Source of the DNA: Ginglymostoma cirratum
Lineage: Eukaryota
Direction of reading: 5' to 3'
Length of the DNA stretch: 64,000 nt
Assembly: GCA_024137785.1 (NCBI GenBank)
Contig: JAHRHZ010000095.1
Span: 1,114,013-1,178,012 of the forward strand
Shown: positions 63,346 to 64,000 of the stretch, piece by piece
Numbering within the stretch: position 1 is the stretch's first letter
How the letters are laid out: each line of letters begins with the position of its first letter
Notes under the pieces: generated by a model
The model's database searches: none
What the model was told of the DNA's origin: nothing
Seen by the model: only the letters and a program-made list of their open reading frames with translations
Position numbers and translations under genes: made by a program

Positions 63346-64000
63346 CAGGCTGCATTTACTTCTAAGTAACAAGAATTTGAATTTATAACAGGATTTAAAA
63401 CAAAATTAGTGCTTTGTTTCTGATGAACCCCATTCAAGGACACCTTAAATATATTATGGTTCATATTTTTACAATGGGCTGAGTTGAACTGCAGAAACTA
63501 TATGCCCTTGTTATCTCAAAACCCTGGGGCCTTCCTCTCATCTTGATGATCTTATAGTTGCCACTCCACAGAGTTGGACATATTGACCAATCTTCTCCAA
63601 TTATTGGCTTCCAATTTCAGAATCTCCTCATCAATGGAGGGTGAGAATGGCCAGGTTTGCAGGTTCGCCTCTCAGCCTAGCCCTCGCTTGGGCACTGTGT
63701 TGCTTCTTTTCCTGAAAATAAAGAGAGTCATTGGGTGGAATCTTTCAGGGACCTGAATGACATGGGCAGTGGTAAGATTTGTGGCAGAGTTGAGAGTATG
63801 GCCTCAAGTCCATCGGGACCTGTCTTGATGTCAGAACAACCTTTTAATGCATTTGCTGAGCATCAAGGTGAGCTTCTCACAAAGCAGCAAGACAAGTTGC
63901 TGATTAAGGGGGCATATTGCTTGTTAAATGCCTTAATAATGCCCCAATTCACTGCATTAATACTCTGCTTCCTATGTTACCAAATTCACCAAACAAGCCA

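Overview
Repeat-dense eukaryotic, vertebrate-type DNA, very probably from a shark or other elasmobranch (HE1-type SINEs, HER1/CR1 LINEs). No intact host CDS is recognisable; nearly all long ORFs are transposon fragments. Contents: many CR1 LINE fragments (some nested), a Tx1-clade LINE, a Rex1/Babar fragment, Penelope-like elements (RT + GIY-YIG), PIF/Harbinger fossils (transposase + Myb/SANT), a Tigger-like MITE, a probable solo LTR and several SINEs. Two minus-strand candidate exons (43179-43040, 36289-36270) suggest the window may lie inside a large unidentified gene. Two things stand out. (1) A full-length, TSD-flanked, ORF1-less EN+RT LINE (20676-23947, minus) begins with a tRNA-like Pol III A/B-box head and has almost no T-runs on its sense strand; a SINE made of its two ends lies 1.7 kb away. 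This suggests a Pol III-transcribed autonomous LINE/SINE pair. (2) About a dozen small Penelope-derived insertions carry minimal type-I hammerhead ribozyme motifs, with covarying stems, 10-15 bp TSDs and fold-back ends. Repeat boundaries were read by eye and are approximate unless TSDs are quoted.
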